A stretch of 64,000 nt of DNA from Octopus vulgaris (GCA_951406725.2 OX597827.1:49662001-49726000); one strand, 5' to 3'. Shown: positions 1 to 13,104, numbered from the stretch's first letter. Numbers and translations: made by a program. Notes: generated by a model not told the origin, from the letters alone.

Positions 1-121
1 TCCAGTCTACTCAGGTGAAAGTAAGCACCACCTGAGTGCTGGTACAGCTCTCTCTCCATCCAATCATCATATTGGGCCAAAGGATGGGGAAAAAGAGAGT
101 GTGTCTATGCCTGCTTATGAC

Positions 122-436
122 AGTTACCCTCCCTGCTTAGAAAGTTACCCTCCCAGACACAAGTCAAGGCAAGGTTGTTTATAGAAGACCAGCAGTCGCC
201 CATGCATACCACCCTCCCCTCTCCACATAACCAGTGTTATCCAAGGGAAAGGCAAAGGGGCCGATACAGCTTGGCACCTGTGATATCACAACTCATTTCT
301 ACAGCTGAGTGAACTGGAGCAATGTGAAATAAAGTGTCTTGCTCAAGAACACAACATGCAGCCCGGTCCAGGATTCGAACTCACAACCTCACAGTTGTAA
401 GCTTGACGCTCTAACCACTGAGCCATGCACCTTCAC
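122..436 (-). mobile_element. tRNA-derived SINE family D
   Basis: - strand head GTGAAGGTGCATGGCTCAGTGGTTAGAGCG; TSD TGCTTATGAC; + strand copy at 52260-52590. Confidence 0.82.
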
Positions 437-1122
437 ATGCTTATGACTACAAAGGCACATAAAATAATTATCAGCAAGCATGGTACATGTTACCAAACCA
501 TACTCATCTGTGGGTGATCCCTGGCTCTATTTATTGACCTGTATATATCTCGTGAGCTGACAGATTTGCATCTGAAAATTTTCTCTCTGGAACACTGACT
601 AGGTTATGAAAAGCTAGCAGTTGCTCATGCATGTAGGTCTCCTCTCTCCATGCCACCTATGTTGTCCACGAGTTGCATTATATTATTGTGTGGCAACTGT
701 GTAAAATATGAGTTTGTGTGAGTTGCAAGGATGCGTTATAGTATAAGGTATTGATTATGTAAGAGTGTTGTGCTAGTCTAGAGTATGTGCTTTATGGATT
801 ATGTTATGTTACTCACTGGTGATTGAACAGTGTATTTTACTGCTAATTGCTTGAATGCATAATTAATTAGATAAAAATTGGATATGTTAACATAATGTGA
901 GAGAGGAGGGGAGAAGAACTGGGAAAAGATGATATGTTTGTGGTATTGGGTTCGTTGGAACTGTAACAATCAGTTGAACCAATATAAAGAAGATGGTAAT
1001 GCAATGGGTAAACAAAGAGATTTGTATAGTGATCCTTTTGGGGGTCGATTAAATAAGTACCAGTTACGCACTGGGGTCGATATAATCGACTTAATCCAAT
1101 TGTCTGTCCGTGTTTGTCCTCT

Positions 1123-1380
1123 GTGTCATCTCTTGTGAAAGGTAGGAGATTCCAGGTTGCTGGACATTGTTGTAGAGCTGAAAAAGAAGTAATTTCTACT
1201 CTTCTCCTCTGGAAGCCATCTACTCACAATACCAGAGGGTGCACACTCTCCTACCCTGATGTAATCTCCAGGGATACAGGCATCCAGCAACAGGACCTCC
1301 GTAATGCCATGATGGACCGTGAAGTCTGGCGTAGCATGATAAATTCCATTGTCTCGACCACAGTCGAACAATGATGATGA
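1123..1380 (+). mobile_element. LINE 3' fragment with (ATG)n tail nested in a SINE
   Basis: RRFQVAGHCCR...DLRNAMMDREVWRS; flanked by TSD TTGTCCTCT (1114-1122 and 1381-1389) within SINE family A (1036-1424). Confidence 0.75.
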
Positions 1381-2454
1381 TTGTCCTCTCTGTGTTTAGC
1401 CCCTTATGGGTAGTAAAGAAATAGGTAAGGGAGAGATTATTCCTATTTGGTCTAAGTAATCTGTTACATGCATTAAAATATTTTAATAATTTGGAGTAAA
1501 AGGAACTGAAAACTATTTGAAATAACAAGAAGCTGAACAGTTGTAATGGATTAATAAATCAACAGTTGTGGATTTATTGAATAACACATGTAGATTAATA
1601 AACGAACACACTTAGCTGTGACTATTACCAACCAAACTCTTTCCATATAATATTTATATATTTGTGCCTCTTTCTCATCATATTCTTGTCCATCCACCCT
1701 CTCATCGATTCTAGCCCTTCTGATGACATTGCTCTCAAATACCTATTTCTGGCTTTTTTTGTTGTCATTGTTTCCTTTACTGTTCATACTCTAAAGTGGT
1801 TGATTGTATGAGTAGAGAAAGTGTAGGGATATGATGTCTCTCTAATCCTGTCTTATTGCAAACTACTTAAACCTTTCTAATGTTGGTGCCATGAGAAAAT
1901 GCACCTAGTACTCTCTGTAAAGTGACTGGCATTAGGAAGGTGGGGGTCATCTAGCTGTAGAAACCCAAACCAAATGACAAGTATAAGCACTGAGATTTTG
2001 GGAATAGCAACCCCAAATGGAACATGACTTAAACTGCGATACCCATCCAACCCATGTGAACATGGAAAGCAAACATAAAATGAAGCTGTGATGATGATGA
2101 TGATGATCATGATGATGATAGTGGTGGTGGTGGTGGTGGCAGTGGCGTTGGCAGTGGCGGCAGTGGTGGTGTCAGCGGCGGCAGTGATGATGATGATGAT
2201 GATGATGATGACAATGTTGTTGATGATGTGAATTTGTTAAGCTACTAATATGGATTGTTGAGCCATTATGAATAACAGAGAGTTCACTGTGTATCAGAAA
2301 AATAGTGGATTAGTTAGACAGTTACTGAAAATAAAGGAATTCAGTATTAGAAATGAAGTAAGTCAGTGTTTGAATGGATTAAGTCAACAGGTAGGTGTTA
2401 GACTTATGATTCGGTTAATAGGGAGATGTTAAGAAGTCTAAAGTTTAATTAATA

Positions 2455-2716
2455 TTATCTACGACGATTTCATCTCAATCGAAGGAGAGGGGCTTTCTCT
2501 GTATGGGTTGCGGATCCATGGAATAAGTTGCCAGACGAGATAGTGAAGATGCTGACGACCACTCGGTTCAAAGTCTCTCTTGACCAGAAATGGCCTGAAC
2601 TCTTTGTATGACCATCCTCCTTGTACATAACTCTCTGTCCCCCTACATGGTCTTGCTTTTGCTTTTTAAGCCAATAAAAATTAAATTAAATTAAATTAAA
2701 TTAAATTAAATTAAAA
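2455..2716 (+). mobile_element. CR1-like LINE 3' end with (TTAAA)n tail
   Basis: RRGAFSVWVADPWNKLPDEIV..FKVSLD; a related copy with a (TTAAC)n tail lies on the - strand at about 5060-5210. Confidence 0.7.
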
Positions 2717-3224
2717 TATTGGCTTGTTAAGGCTAATGTTGGGTTCATGTGATATTAAGTCCAAGTGAAAGGACCTGTAACAGAAAGTTTTAAAATACTA
2801 TGGAAAATAAACACATGCACAGATATATGTTTAAACACAGTCATATACATACAGGTAAAAAAAATACGGAAAAGACAAAAAGGGTGAACAAAAATTATTT
2901 CAAAAATATATTTATTAGTGGAATTTAGAAGAATTCCATTAGTGTGATTTAGATAACTACATTGTGGGGATCAGGGCTTTGAATGATGGATTTATGGGGT
3001 TGCATTTGTTGGGGTTCAGGAAACTGTTTTGTAAAAGCTTAGGAAACTGCATTGGAAAAGGACAGGAGGTTGTATTATTGAGGTTAAGTAGGTCTGTAAT
3101 GGTTTTGCTTAAGTGACTGTTTGAAGTGATAAAATTAAGAACAACAAAAGCTGAAGGTTTAAAAGAGAAAATATATTCAATTAAGGCATGAGAAACAAAA
3201 GTATAAAAACAATAAGTGTTAAAG

Positions 3225-4084
3225 AAAGAAAGGTAAGTTAGAAGGGTGTTATTAAAGAATTCACCTCCTGTATTCATACTGTTATGGATGAAGTAAACCA
3301 TGAAGGGCTCCCTCATACTACACAACATCCACTGAGTGGGTGCTTTCTTCATACTTTCTTGATGTTCCAAGTTTTCATTACCTGAACCTGTTTTTGTGAT
3401 TATGGTTGATATAATGATATTTCAGTGAAGGTCATGGTAAAGTTTGGTTAATGCTTCCATCATGATATATCAATGGTAATTCAGGTGGAAGTCAGAGAAA
3501 CTATGGTCTAATTGACAAGAAATTAAAAGATCCATCTACAGATATTCCTTCAAAAATGTAGATGTTGCCATCATTTGGAATGGCACCGAGAGTATGGTGA
3601 TGGCCAACAGAAGCTGACCACGTAACTTTCTGGCTGTTGTCATGATTCCATGTCCAAGACATGGGATTTATCAAAGTATTCATCCCCATACACTTCTCTG
3701 TGGATGTAGACATTCTTGTCAATGTCAACTGAGATGTATCTAAGATGAAGTTTCAATGCCAGTTCTTTGATATCTCATGTTGACCACTTGGAAGAGGATA
3801 CTCAGAAGCGCTATACCTGGACATTCATGACCAGGCTCAAGCTTTGAGATCCACTGCCAAGTGTTCAAGTCCAGAATTGGATTATTGGAAAATGTGTTAT
3901 CTAGACTAGTCCTTCCAATTAGATAAAGCTGTTCATTGTTATAAGGTACCTCCATACTTCTCGGTTTCACTATATAAGAGCTGTGTCCTGCTCTATACTT
4001 CAGTGCACCTCTCCCAGTTTCAAGGAAGTGCCACACATAAGCAGTGTGTTTGCTTTTATCACTAAAACAAGGCAGAATTTCCAT
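3225..4084 (-). pseudogene. RABEPK: Processed pseudogene of Rab9 effector protein with kelch motifs (RABEPK/p40-like)
   Basis: Colinear, intronless, frameshifted blocks: MEILPCF..VWHFLETG..RAGHS..LYLIGRTSLDNTFSN..LDLNTWQW; IDKNVYIHREVYGDEYFDKSHVLDM; NDGNIYIFEGISVDG; QTLP*P; FIHNSMNTGGEFFNNTLLT. These match recalled RABEPK motifs (MKQLPVL, RVGHS, VFIVGGANPNRSFSD, LFIHGGLAGDRFYDDLH, VYIFGGMT, IIPWP, FGGMNTEGEIYDD). Kelch GG motifs are mutated and stops are present. Confidence 0.7.
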
Positions 4085-5260
4085 GCCCTCACATGCAGCA
4101 TATATATGTATATCCTTGTAATCCATCCAATCAATTAATCAATTCATTCCTCCCATTTTGTTTCTATCACATCTCACCAAGCTTATACTCACTCAATATT
4201 TTAAAGTAAAAGTTGACAACAATAAAGATGTTCTTTCATGGTTTATAAGCTTTAGACTATCGTGCATGCTTTTGAAGTTATTTTATCTTGCCTGACTGCA
4301 ATGTTTTGATTGGATGTAACACTTGCTTTGTCTGCCACCACACCACTGTTACCATAGTGATCTACAGTGATGTAATTGGATGTTGATGGTAACGGCTTAT
4401 TTGAAAACTGGGAATAATTTGACCTTTTTTCCTTCTGGATTTGCTGAAAAATTAGCAATGCTGTGTCTTTGTATCGTTGTTGTATATGGAATGTAGACTC
4501 CTTGTGTGGAACTGGTGGTTCATTCATTTAGTCACAGGAGGACAGATTATTAAATCTTGTAATTGTGGAAATGACAGTCATTTAATTGAAGTCGCTGCGT
4601 GATTTTGTTATTGTTTTTGGTAACGATGGTATTGCTGATATTATTGAGGCATCAATCAATAACAGAACTGCCTGACAGTTACACATGAATCACACCTTAC
4701 AAAAAGTTTTGGGCATGAAATTAACAAAAAAGGAAGGCAAGATAGCAACAAGTAAAAAATTTTAAAATCTATTAGTATTGATATGTGTATGTAGAGTTGC
4801 TAAGAGACCGTATATTAGTGTACTGTAGGAAGCAACAGTGAGAGTGGAAGCATAAGGCAGAGAGAAAGAGAGGGAGAGAGGGAGAGAGAGAGAAATAAGA
4901 AAGGATTGAATTGATCTAAATAAAACTCTACATGTGCTAATCAAAATAATCTCCCGGGACCATGGGTGGGTATCGAAGAAGTGAATAACCAATAAAGTGA
5001 AATAACTAACCATTATACTATTTCAGATCATGTAGGGTAAATGTTACTATGGTTTAGGGTTAAGTTAAGTTAAGTTAAGTTAGTTAAGTTAAGTTAAGTT
5101 AAGTTAAGTTAAGTTAATTTTTTGGCTCAAAAGCAAAAAGCAAGGCCATGTAGGGGGACATGGAGTTATGTACAGGGAGGGTTTTCATGCAAAGAGTTCA
5201 GGCCAGTTCAGGTTGTGGTAATGTATTTTGTTGTTTGATAATAATGTATATTGTGGGGAA

Positions 5261-5490
5261 GGTGGCGAGCTGGCAGAAATGTTAGCACGCCGGGTGAAAT
5301 GCGTAGGTGTATTTCGTCTGCCGTTACGTTCTGAGTTCAAATTCCGCCGAGGTCGACTTTGCCTTTCATCCTTTCGGGGTCGATTAAATAAGTACCAGTC
5401 ACACACTGGGGTCAATATAATCGATTTAATCCATTTGTCTGTCCTTGTTTGTCACCTCTGTGTTTAGCCCCTTGTGGGTAGTAAAGAAAT
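5261..5490 (+). mobile_element. tRNA-derived SINE family A
   Basis: GGTGGCGAGCTGGCAGAA...GAGTTCAAATTCC (A/B-box-like) ... GTAAAGAAAT; TSD ATAATGTATATTGTGG. Further copies at 23632, 26746, 33157 and 42107. Confidence 0.85.
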
Positions 5491-6280
5491 AATGTATATT
5501 GTGGTGGAAGTAATGATGTTGGTGTTCACAGTTGATGTTCTCTTCCTTCGGACCATGGGAAACATGGGGATTAAAAAGGACATTTTGTTGTACAATTGTT
5601 GCTATTACATTGCCTGCTGTTTTACAAAAAGAATAAACAATATTTTGTTTGACCAAAATAGGCTATAGATATATATAAAAAAAAAAAAAAAAAATATAAA
5701 AATTAAAGGAAGGTCACATAAACTGAAATTAAATTCATATTATTTTAATGTTTATTTATTTTTAAATACAGCTTCCAAGCCCAAGTGCTGTATTGAAGAA
5801 GTGTGCCCCTACAACCATCAGCTTACATTATATTAATTGACCTATGGGCCTCCTAGGCCATTGTGTTGCAGTACGCATAGCATCTACCCTAAGTTAGCCC
5901 TGGTCATGACATACAGCATGTTTTGAGTGTCAAAACCTGGCACAGCCCATTCCTCTTCAAAATATGCGTGTGAGAGGGTGGGGAGGGAGAGAATGAGAGA
6001 TGAGGAGGAGAAGGGAGAGAGGGAGAGGGAAAGAGAGAGTGACAGAGACAGACAGACTGTCAGACAGAGAAAGGGCTGAGAGAGAGGGAAGGAGGGAGAC
6101 AGAGAGTTGAAGAATAAGAATGAATTGTTACGCTATTTATTGATCCTGGCAATGAAAACACAGAACTAAACATTGCCTAATGTGAATGCACTGTGATTTG
6201 AACTTGCAATGTATATATAATGTTCTTCAGTAGATCACTTGGGCTTGGAAATATCTATATGACTTATGTTTAACAATAAG

Positions 6281-6602
6281 TGACAACTTACTGGGGCTGC
6301 CTGCTGGAGCCTAGCAGCAGGTATTTAAAGGGAAAAATTTGACAAGTCAGTCATTCACCGGCTGACCCTCACTGACGATACATCGAAGAGGCCAGGGAAC
6401 AGAAGAAAGAAGAAGAAAGAAGACATGCACCCAACACCAGAGCTGAAGACACCTCTGAAAGGGGGGCCCCGCCACGTCAAAATGGTAGAGGAGTAGGGGC
6501 CGAAACTGGACGTGGTTCCTCCTGATGATGTCTTGAGCTAACTGGATCCTATAAAGGAGCTGTTGTGGTAGCAGATCACGAAACACGGTTGTAATTCCTT
6601 AC
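6281..6602. mobile_element. About 320-bp interspersed element (solo-LTR-like), copy 1
   Basis: Reverse complement of 45644-45962; termini TGACAAC...TTCCTTAC. Confidence 0.65.
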
Positions 6603-7547
6603 CATGACCATCTCATCTCTTTTGTATATCCAGGACTGCATTGTCCACTGATTTTGTTTTAAGACACTAGGTGTGTGATATAAGGGTGAAGCAGCACAAG
6701 CAGTCAGCACCATATTGGATGAGATCTCGCGGCAGCCATTGCCAGCTCCGAGACTGGAGCAAGACCTTGCCATCCATTTCAAGGGAAATTTGGTTACTAT
6801 TTTCTAGTAGATCAAGTAATAAGGAAGTGACACCCTTCGTAACTGCTGGAGGTAGTCAGTGGCTTTAATAGGTGGCTGTGGGATGCTGAAAATAAGTAGG
6901 CTGATGGCAATTGATTGAACTGATATTTTATCTGGGAAGATAATTAGCAGAGGAGAGAGAAGTTATTGTGAAATGTGAAAGATTATTTTAATGTGCACAT
7001 GTATATGCAAGTTAATGTACGTACATATGTGTACACACATGAACACAAGTCTGTGTATTTGTGAATGTGTATATTTGCATGCAAATTTCTGCATATGTCT
7101 GTGTTTATGGTGTGTGTGTATGTGCACTTGTATGTGTGTTTGGATCAGGCCTTTTTCTATTAGTGATAAGACATTATTTATAGCAGAATTCAAACATGAA
7201 TTCAAGGAAGCAGACATAACAAAATTAGCTTAATGTTTAGATTAGTCTACTCTGTACATGTGTATTGACATATACATAAACACTGAAACAGCCACTTGGT
7301 TATATGTATGTGTGTGGATGTGTATGTATGTATGTATCTATCTAACTATATGTGTGTATGGTGGTGGTGGTGTTGGTGATGTATGTGAAAACCGGCAACA
7401 GGTAAGGCATCTAGTCAAGATGTACACCTGGCCTTTATAGTTGAAAAAATAAAATTTTAATTCATCAGATGACAAGACTTTTGACAACTCTAAGGACTTT
7501 CAGTTTTTCAGTTCCTGAGCAAACTGAATGCAAAAACTTTATGTTTG

Positions 7548-8013
7548 CACACCTGCAGCAGGAGGTGGACTCAGTTTATAGATGGGCTGAGGATAATAAT
7601 ATGCAGTTTAATGCTGAAAAATTCCAAACCCTGTGTTACCAGCATCTAAAACTTATAGGGTACTCTGGTCCGCAGGGGATTACAATCCCAGAGCCTAAAT
7701 CAGTGAGGGATGTGGGTATCAACGTGAGTGATGATACCTCTTTCCAAGTGCACATTACCAGGATGGCGACAAAGTGGAGATGACTGGCTGGATGGATCCT
7801 GAGAACGTTCAGAACCAGAGAGAAGGAAACCATGCTGGTCCTCTGGAGGACATTCATTCTCAGCCACCTGGATTACTGCTCCCAGCTATGGTCACCCAAC
7901 AGTGTAAAATTAACAGTAGACCTTGACGCAATCCAGCGAAGCCTCACAAAGAAGATCGTCTCATTGCAACAGCTCAGTTACGGAAAACGCTGAAACAGCT
8001 AAGACTCTACTCC
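7548..8013 (+). mobile_element. CR1/L2-group LINE RT C-terminal fragment
   Basis: HLQQEVDSVYRWAEDNNMQFNAEKFQ...VRDVGI...HLDYCSQLWSP, with stops. Confidence 0.8.
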
Positions 8014-8145
8014 CGCATAAACCCAAAATGCTTTTAGTCAATTCTTGATAATAGTTATACTGTTGGCAAATTGGTATTTCTTTCAAGTATCATTCAAAAC
8101 GTCAATGGTGTAATTTTCTTGTTCTTCATTAACACTTGTGAATGT

Positions 8146-8442
8146 GGAGGCACATTGCCTAGTGGTTAGAGCAGCGGACTTGCGGTCGATGGATCGCAGG
8201 TTCGAATCACAGAACGGGTGATGTGTGTGTTTATGAGCGAAACACCTAAGCTCCACACGGCTCCAGCAGAAGGTAATGGTGAACTTCTGCAAAGTCTTTC
8301 GCCACAACTTTCTCTCACTCTTTCCTCCTGCATCTAGCAGCTCACCTGCGACGGACGGGCGTTCCGTCCAGGTGGAGAACCTATATGCCAAGGAAACCGG
8401 GGAACCGGCCCTTATGAGCCAGGCATGGCTCGAGAAGGAATA
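8146..8442 (+). mobile_element. tRNA-derived SINE family C
   Basis: Head GGAGGCACATTGCCTAGTGGTTAGAGCAGCGG...GGTTCGAATC; 15-bp TSD AACACTTGTGAATGT; 3' part recurs inverted at 31434-31605. Confidence 0.85.
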
Positions 8443-8664
8443 AACACTTGTGAATGTAACAGTGGTTTTTGCACCTATCTTGGTTAAGTGTGACCTGAAA
8501 AGATAGCAGTTTCATTCAAGATGTCTACAGTATTGTGAGCAGCAGTTACTGAGTTACTGAGCATTCGACTTCAGCAACTGAGACTCAAAAAGTCCATTTA
8601 TGAGCAATTTTTTATTACATCTCTGATGATAAGCTCTTTTCCATTTGTGTACCATAACAGATCT

Positions 8665-10283
8665 TCATCATCATCATCATCATCGTTTAACGTCCGCTTT
8701 CCATGCTAGCATGGGTTGGACGGTTCAACTGGGGTCTGGGAAGCCCGAAGGCTGCACCAGGCCAGTCAGATGTGGCAGTGTTTCTACAGCTGGATGCCCT
8801 TCCTAACGCCAACCACTCCGAGAGTGTAGTGGGTGATTTTATGTGCCACCGACACAGGTGCCAGACGAGGCTGGCAGACGGCCACGCTCGGATGGTGTTT
8901 TCTTATGTGTCACCGACACAGGTGCCAGACGAGGCTGGCGGACGGCCACGCTTGGATGGTGTTTGTTACGTGCCCTCAGCACGGAGGCCAGTCATTGCGG
9001 TACTGGCTACGGTCACGTTCGGATGGTTTTCTTATGTGCCACCGGCACTGGTACCACAAGGATACAAATTCCATTGATGTTCATCTATTTTGATTTGGTT
9101 CGATTTGATTCGATACGATTCGATTCTCACTTGCCTCAACAGGTCTTCACAAGTGTCACAAGAAGGAAGGTATGCACAGGTGGACTGACTACGTCCCAGG
9201 TAGGGGCCACGGATTATGGCTTCACTAGTCTTGCCGGGTCTTCTCACGCACAGCATACTTCCATAGGTCTCAGTCTCTAGTCATTTCCATGGTGAGACCT
9301 AACGTCCGAAGGTCGTGCTTCACCACCTCGTCCCAGGTTTTCCTGGGTCTACCTCTTCCTCGGGTTCCCTCAACTGCTAGGGATTGGCACTTTCTCACAC
9401 ACCTATCTTCATCCATTCTCGCCACATGACCATACCAGCGCAATCGTCTCTCTTGCACACAACAACTGATGCTTCTTAGGTACAACATTTCTCTCAAGGT
9501 ACTAACGCTCTGTCGAGTAAGTACACTGACATTACACATCCATCGGAGCATACTGGCTTCGTTCCTCACGAGCTTACGCATGTCCTCAGCAGTCACGGCC
9601 CATGTTTCACTGCCATGTAGCATAGCTGTTCGTACACATGCATCATACAGTCTGCCTTTTACTCTGAGCGAGAGGCCTTTAGTCACCAGCAGAGGTAAGA
9701 GCTCCCTAAACTTTGCCCAGGCTATTCTTATTCTAGCAGTTACACTTTCAGCGCACCCACCCCCACTACTGACTTGGTCACCTAGATAGCGGAAGCTATC
9801 AACTACTTCTAGTTTTTCCCCCGGAAAGTGACAGAAGTTGTTTTCTGCAGATTTTCGGAGGTCAATGCTCCAGAGCACCTGCCACATACAAAAACTATCT
9901 TCCCAGTTAGCCTACCTTTGACATTGCTGCACCTCTTATGTGTCCATAGCTTACACTGGGTACATCTTATAGAGTTTCTACCTACACCTTTTCTACAGAT
10001 CGAGCAGGGCCATCTTCCTGAGGATATTTGTGGGTTTTCTACCTTTCTACTTATTAGTACTTTGGTTTTAGCTAGGTTGACTCTAAGGCCCCTCGATTCT
10101 AAACCCTCCTTCCACACCTGGAACTTCTCCTCCAGTTCTGATAGTGACTCAGCGATTAGAGCGAGGTCGTCAGCATAGAGGAGCTCCCAGGGGCAACCTG
10201 TCTTGAATTCCTCCGTTATTGCCTGGAGGACTATGATAAATAGGAGGGGGCTGAGTACTGAACCCTGGTGGACCCCAACCTCT
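8665..10283 (-). mobile_element. 5'-truncated RTE-clade LINE (RT C-terminal part, Cys-rich insert, 3' UTR with about 60-bp repeats, (GAT)n tail)
   Basis: ORFs 9809-10117 and 9270-9887 (GLRVNLAKTK, WPCSICRKGVGRNSIRCTQC, FRYLG, LHGSETW, RRLRWYGHV, GRGRPRKTW), joined by one frameshift; QGSVLSPLLF and LLYADDL upstream; 3' UTR runs on to the (CAT)n tract at 8665. Confidence 0.92.
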
Positions 10284-10680
10284 TAGGTTGATATAATTAA
10301 ATCATTATTAATAGTTATTTGTTTTACTTAGTGTATAAAACTGAATATTAGAATTTGGAGACTTTTTCCTAAAATGATCTTCATTTAGGTTGCATTCATT
10401 TTATGAATACTGTTGATGATTGTATTGCACTAATTTTTTTTTTAAATAAGAGTAAAAAACTGTTTTTACTCATTTGTAGTTTAAATTATAAACGTTTACA
10501 TAAATGGAATTAATTATCGTTTAATCATTAATTTGCTTTTGTTTTTAAATTGATAGACATATTATCTTTCTCTCTCTCTCTCTCTAAATATGTATGTATG
10601 TATGTATGTGTATATATGTTAACATAAAGTAGATGATTTCATAGAAGCATTATATATAAGTGTGTGTGTATGTACATTTG

Positions 10681-10681
<1 letters not shown>

Positions 10682-10721
<40 letters not shown>

Positions 10722-10759
10722 GTCATCATCATCATCATCATCACCATTATCATCATCAT
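10682..10759. repeat. (CAT)n microsatellite, representative of dozens of (TA)n, (TG)n, (GA)n, (TATG)n and (CAT)n tracts in the window
   Basis: Direct reading. Confidence 0.9.
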
Positions 10760-11041
10760 TTAATGCCTGCTTTTCAATGCTTACATGAGCCAGACAGCAT
10801 TTGTTCATACAGATTTACTACGGCTAGAAGCCATTCCCATCAACACCTCTCACCTGTTTCCACATAAAATAATATTTCCCATTATTTTGTTCCCATAGCT
10901 AGGCCTGTTAATTGAAGAAGACTGGAAACAAAGAAAACTTACTTGCATGATGATGATGATGCTCATTTAAGACCATCACAGGATGTCTAGAAAAGGGTAC
11001 ACACAGACACAGATAGACAAACAGACGGCGAACAGGCAGAA

Positions 11042-11456
11042 GCGGTGAACTGGCAGAAGCGTTAGCACGCCGGGCGAAATGCTTAGCGGTATTTCGTCTG
11101 GCGTTCCGTTCTGAGTTCAAATTTCGCCAAGGTCGACTTTGCCTTTCATCCTTTCGGGGTCGATAAATTAAGTACCAGTTACGCACTGGGGTTGATGTAA
11201 TTGACTTAATCTCTTTGTCTGTCTTTGTTTGTCCCCTCTGTGTTTAGCCCCTTATGGGTAGTAAAGAAATAGGTATTTCGTCTGGCGTTCCGTTCTGAGT
11301 TCAAATTCCGCCGAGGTCGTCTTTGCCTTTCATCCTTTCGGGGTCGATAAATTAAGTACCAGTTACGCACTGGGGTCGATGTAATCGACTTAATCTCTTT
11401 GTCTGTCCTTGTTTGTCTCCTCTATGTTTAGCCCCCTGTGGGCAATAAAGAAATAA
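11042..11456 (+). mobile_element. SINE family A partial dimer
   Basis: Full unit followed by a second unit starting GGTATTTCGTCTG at 11272. Confidence 0.85.
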
Positions 11457-11689
11457 GACAGACAAACAGACAGACAGGCAGACACACACGTGTGTGCGCA
11501 TACTTACATGCATTCATATGTATATAAATATTGGGCTTCTTTCAGTTTCCATCAACCAAATCCATTTACGATGCTTTGACCCAGAGCTATAATAGAAAAC
11601 ACTTGCCCAAGGTGCTGCACAGTGGGACTGAACTCATGACTACATGGTTTGAAAGCAACCTTTTCATCTACATTTCATATGTGTATGTT

Positions 11690-11893
11690 ACTCTCTTTTA
11701 CTTTTTTATTTGTTTCAGTCATTTGACTGTGGTCATGCTGGAGCACCGCCTTTAGTCAAGCAAATCGACCCCAGGACTTATTCTTTGTAAGCCTAGTACT
11801 TATTCTATCGGTCTCTTTTGCCAAACCGCTAAGTTACGGGGACGTAAACACACCAGCATCGGTTGTCAAACGATGTTGGAGGGACAAACACAG

Positions 11894-11950
<57 letters not shown>

Positions 11951-12121
11951 TATATACGATGGGCTTCTTTCAGTTTCCATCTACCATATCCACTCACAAG
12001 GCTTTGGTCGGCCCGAGGCTATAATAGGAGGCACTTGCCCATGGTGCCATGCAGTGGGACTGAACCCAGAACCATGTGGTTGGTAAGCAAGCTACTTACC
12101 ACACAGCCACTCCTGCGCCTA
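11690..12121 (-). mobile_element. tRNA-derived SINE family B (internal TA/TG microsatellite, GTAAAAGA tail)
   Basis: - strand head AGGCGCAGGAGTGGCTGTGTGGTAAGTAGC...GGTTCAGTCCC; homologous to the copies listed below. Confidence 0.85.
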
Positions 12122-12682
12122 TGTTGTGTATATTAATGCTCCAAAATTTGTGACTGAAGCATAAAGAAGAAGAAAAGGGAAAGTATAAAAAGGAAAGAAA
12201 TAAAAGTGTTCAAGAAAGAAATACAGTACTTATGTGTATATAAATGTGAGTGTATATGTATGTAAGTGTTCATCTACGTTAGTTTTTTTTTTTTTTCTTT
12301 GGATAGGCAGGTGACTTTTCAAGAAGTCACCAAGACAAAAAGACTGACCTGTTAAAAGACTTTTTGCCATACAAAGGGAACTTAAGCATGTAACTAACAG
12401 ACCTGACCTCTGCATGTTCTAGCATGTTCATTCAATCTTAGTCTGCTTCAACTTAAACTTTTTGCAGTATATTTGATTTGTAACACTATCACCAGCGACA
12501 ACACCAATGCCACCACCACTGCCACCACTGCCGTCACTACATCACACCACTCCTGTAAGAATGTGTGTGTGTGTGTGTGTGTGTGTGTGGTGGAGGTTAG
12601 CGTGGTCCAGCCTGACTGGGGCCTATGGAATTTAGGTTGACTGAAATTGTGTTTTGAAGTTATAAATCATTCAGGAACTAAG

Positions 12683-12713
<31 letters not shown>

Positions 12714-13104
12714 AAATTCAGAAGTTGTTTGTTTGTACATGTGTGTGTTTGTACATGTGTGTGTTTGTACATGTGTGTGTTTGTACATGTGTGCATGTGT
12801 ATGTGTTTGTGCTCTGTTGTGTGTGCGTGCACATGCCTGTGTGTAGTAGCGGTCATCGACATGGTTTTAAGCATAACCACTTTCTCATTGCAGAGATATG
12901 CCAATAACAAGTTTAATAGCTTTTATGCCACAAGGTTAGGTCGTCATTTGAGGAAACGACTACCTAATCCTGGCTTTAAAATTTTTCTTGATAAATGGAG
13001 TGCATAATTTTTTCAACAATCACACTAACAGCTACTCTACCATTTAATCTACCCATTAATCTAAAATAGATTTTCAGTCCTGTAGTAGATGGAAAAACAT
13101 TTAA

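Noticed and set aside
3225-4126. RAG2-like kelch gene of a ProtoRAG-type transposon
   Set aside because: No PHD finger, RAG1-like ORF or TIRs, and the terminal motifs fit RABEPK better.
8146-8215. tRNA genes at SINE heads (also 18210-18279, 52260-52325, 55995-56065)
   Set aside because: tRNA-like A/B boxes continue into SINE bodies, some with TSDs, and there is no complete cloverleaf.
12894-12934. Splice-flanked 41-nt segment (RYANNKFNSFYAT), with similar candidates at 17660-17726 and about 17122-17200
   Set aside because: AG/GT context is plausible, but I cannot recognise a protein or link these into a gene. RNA-seq would be needed.
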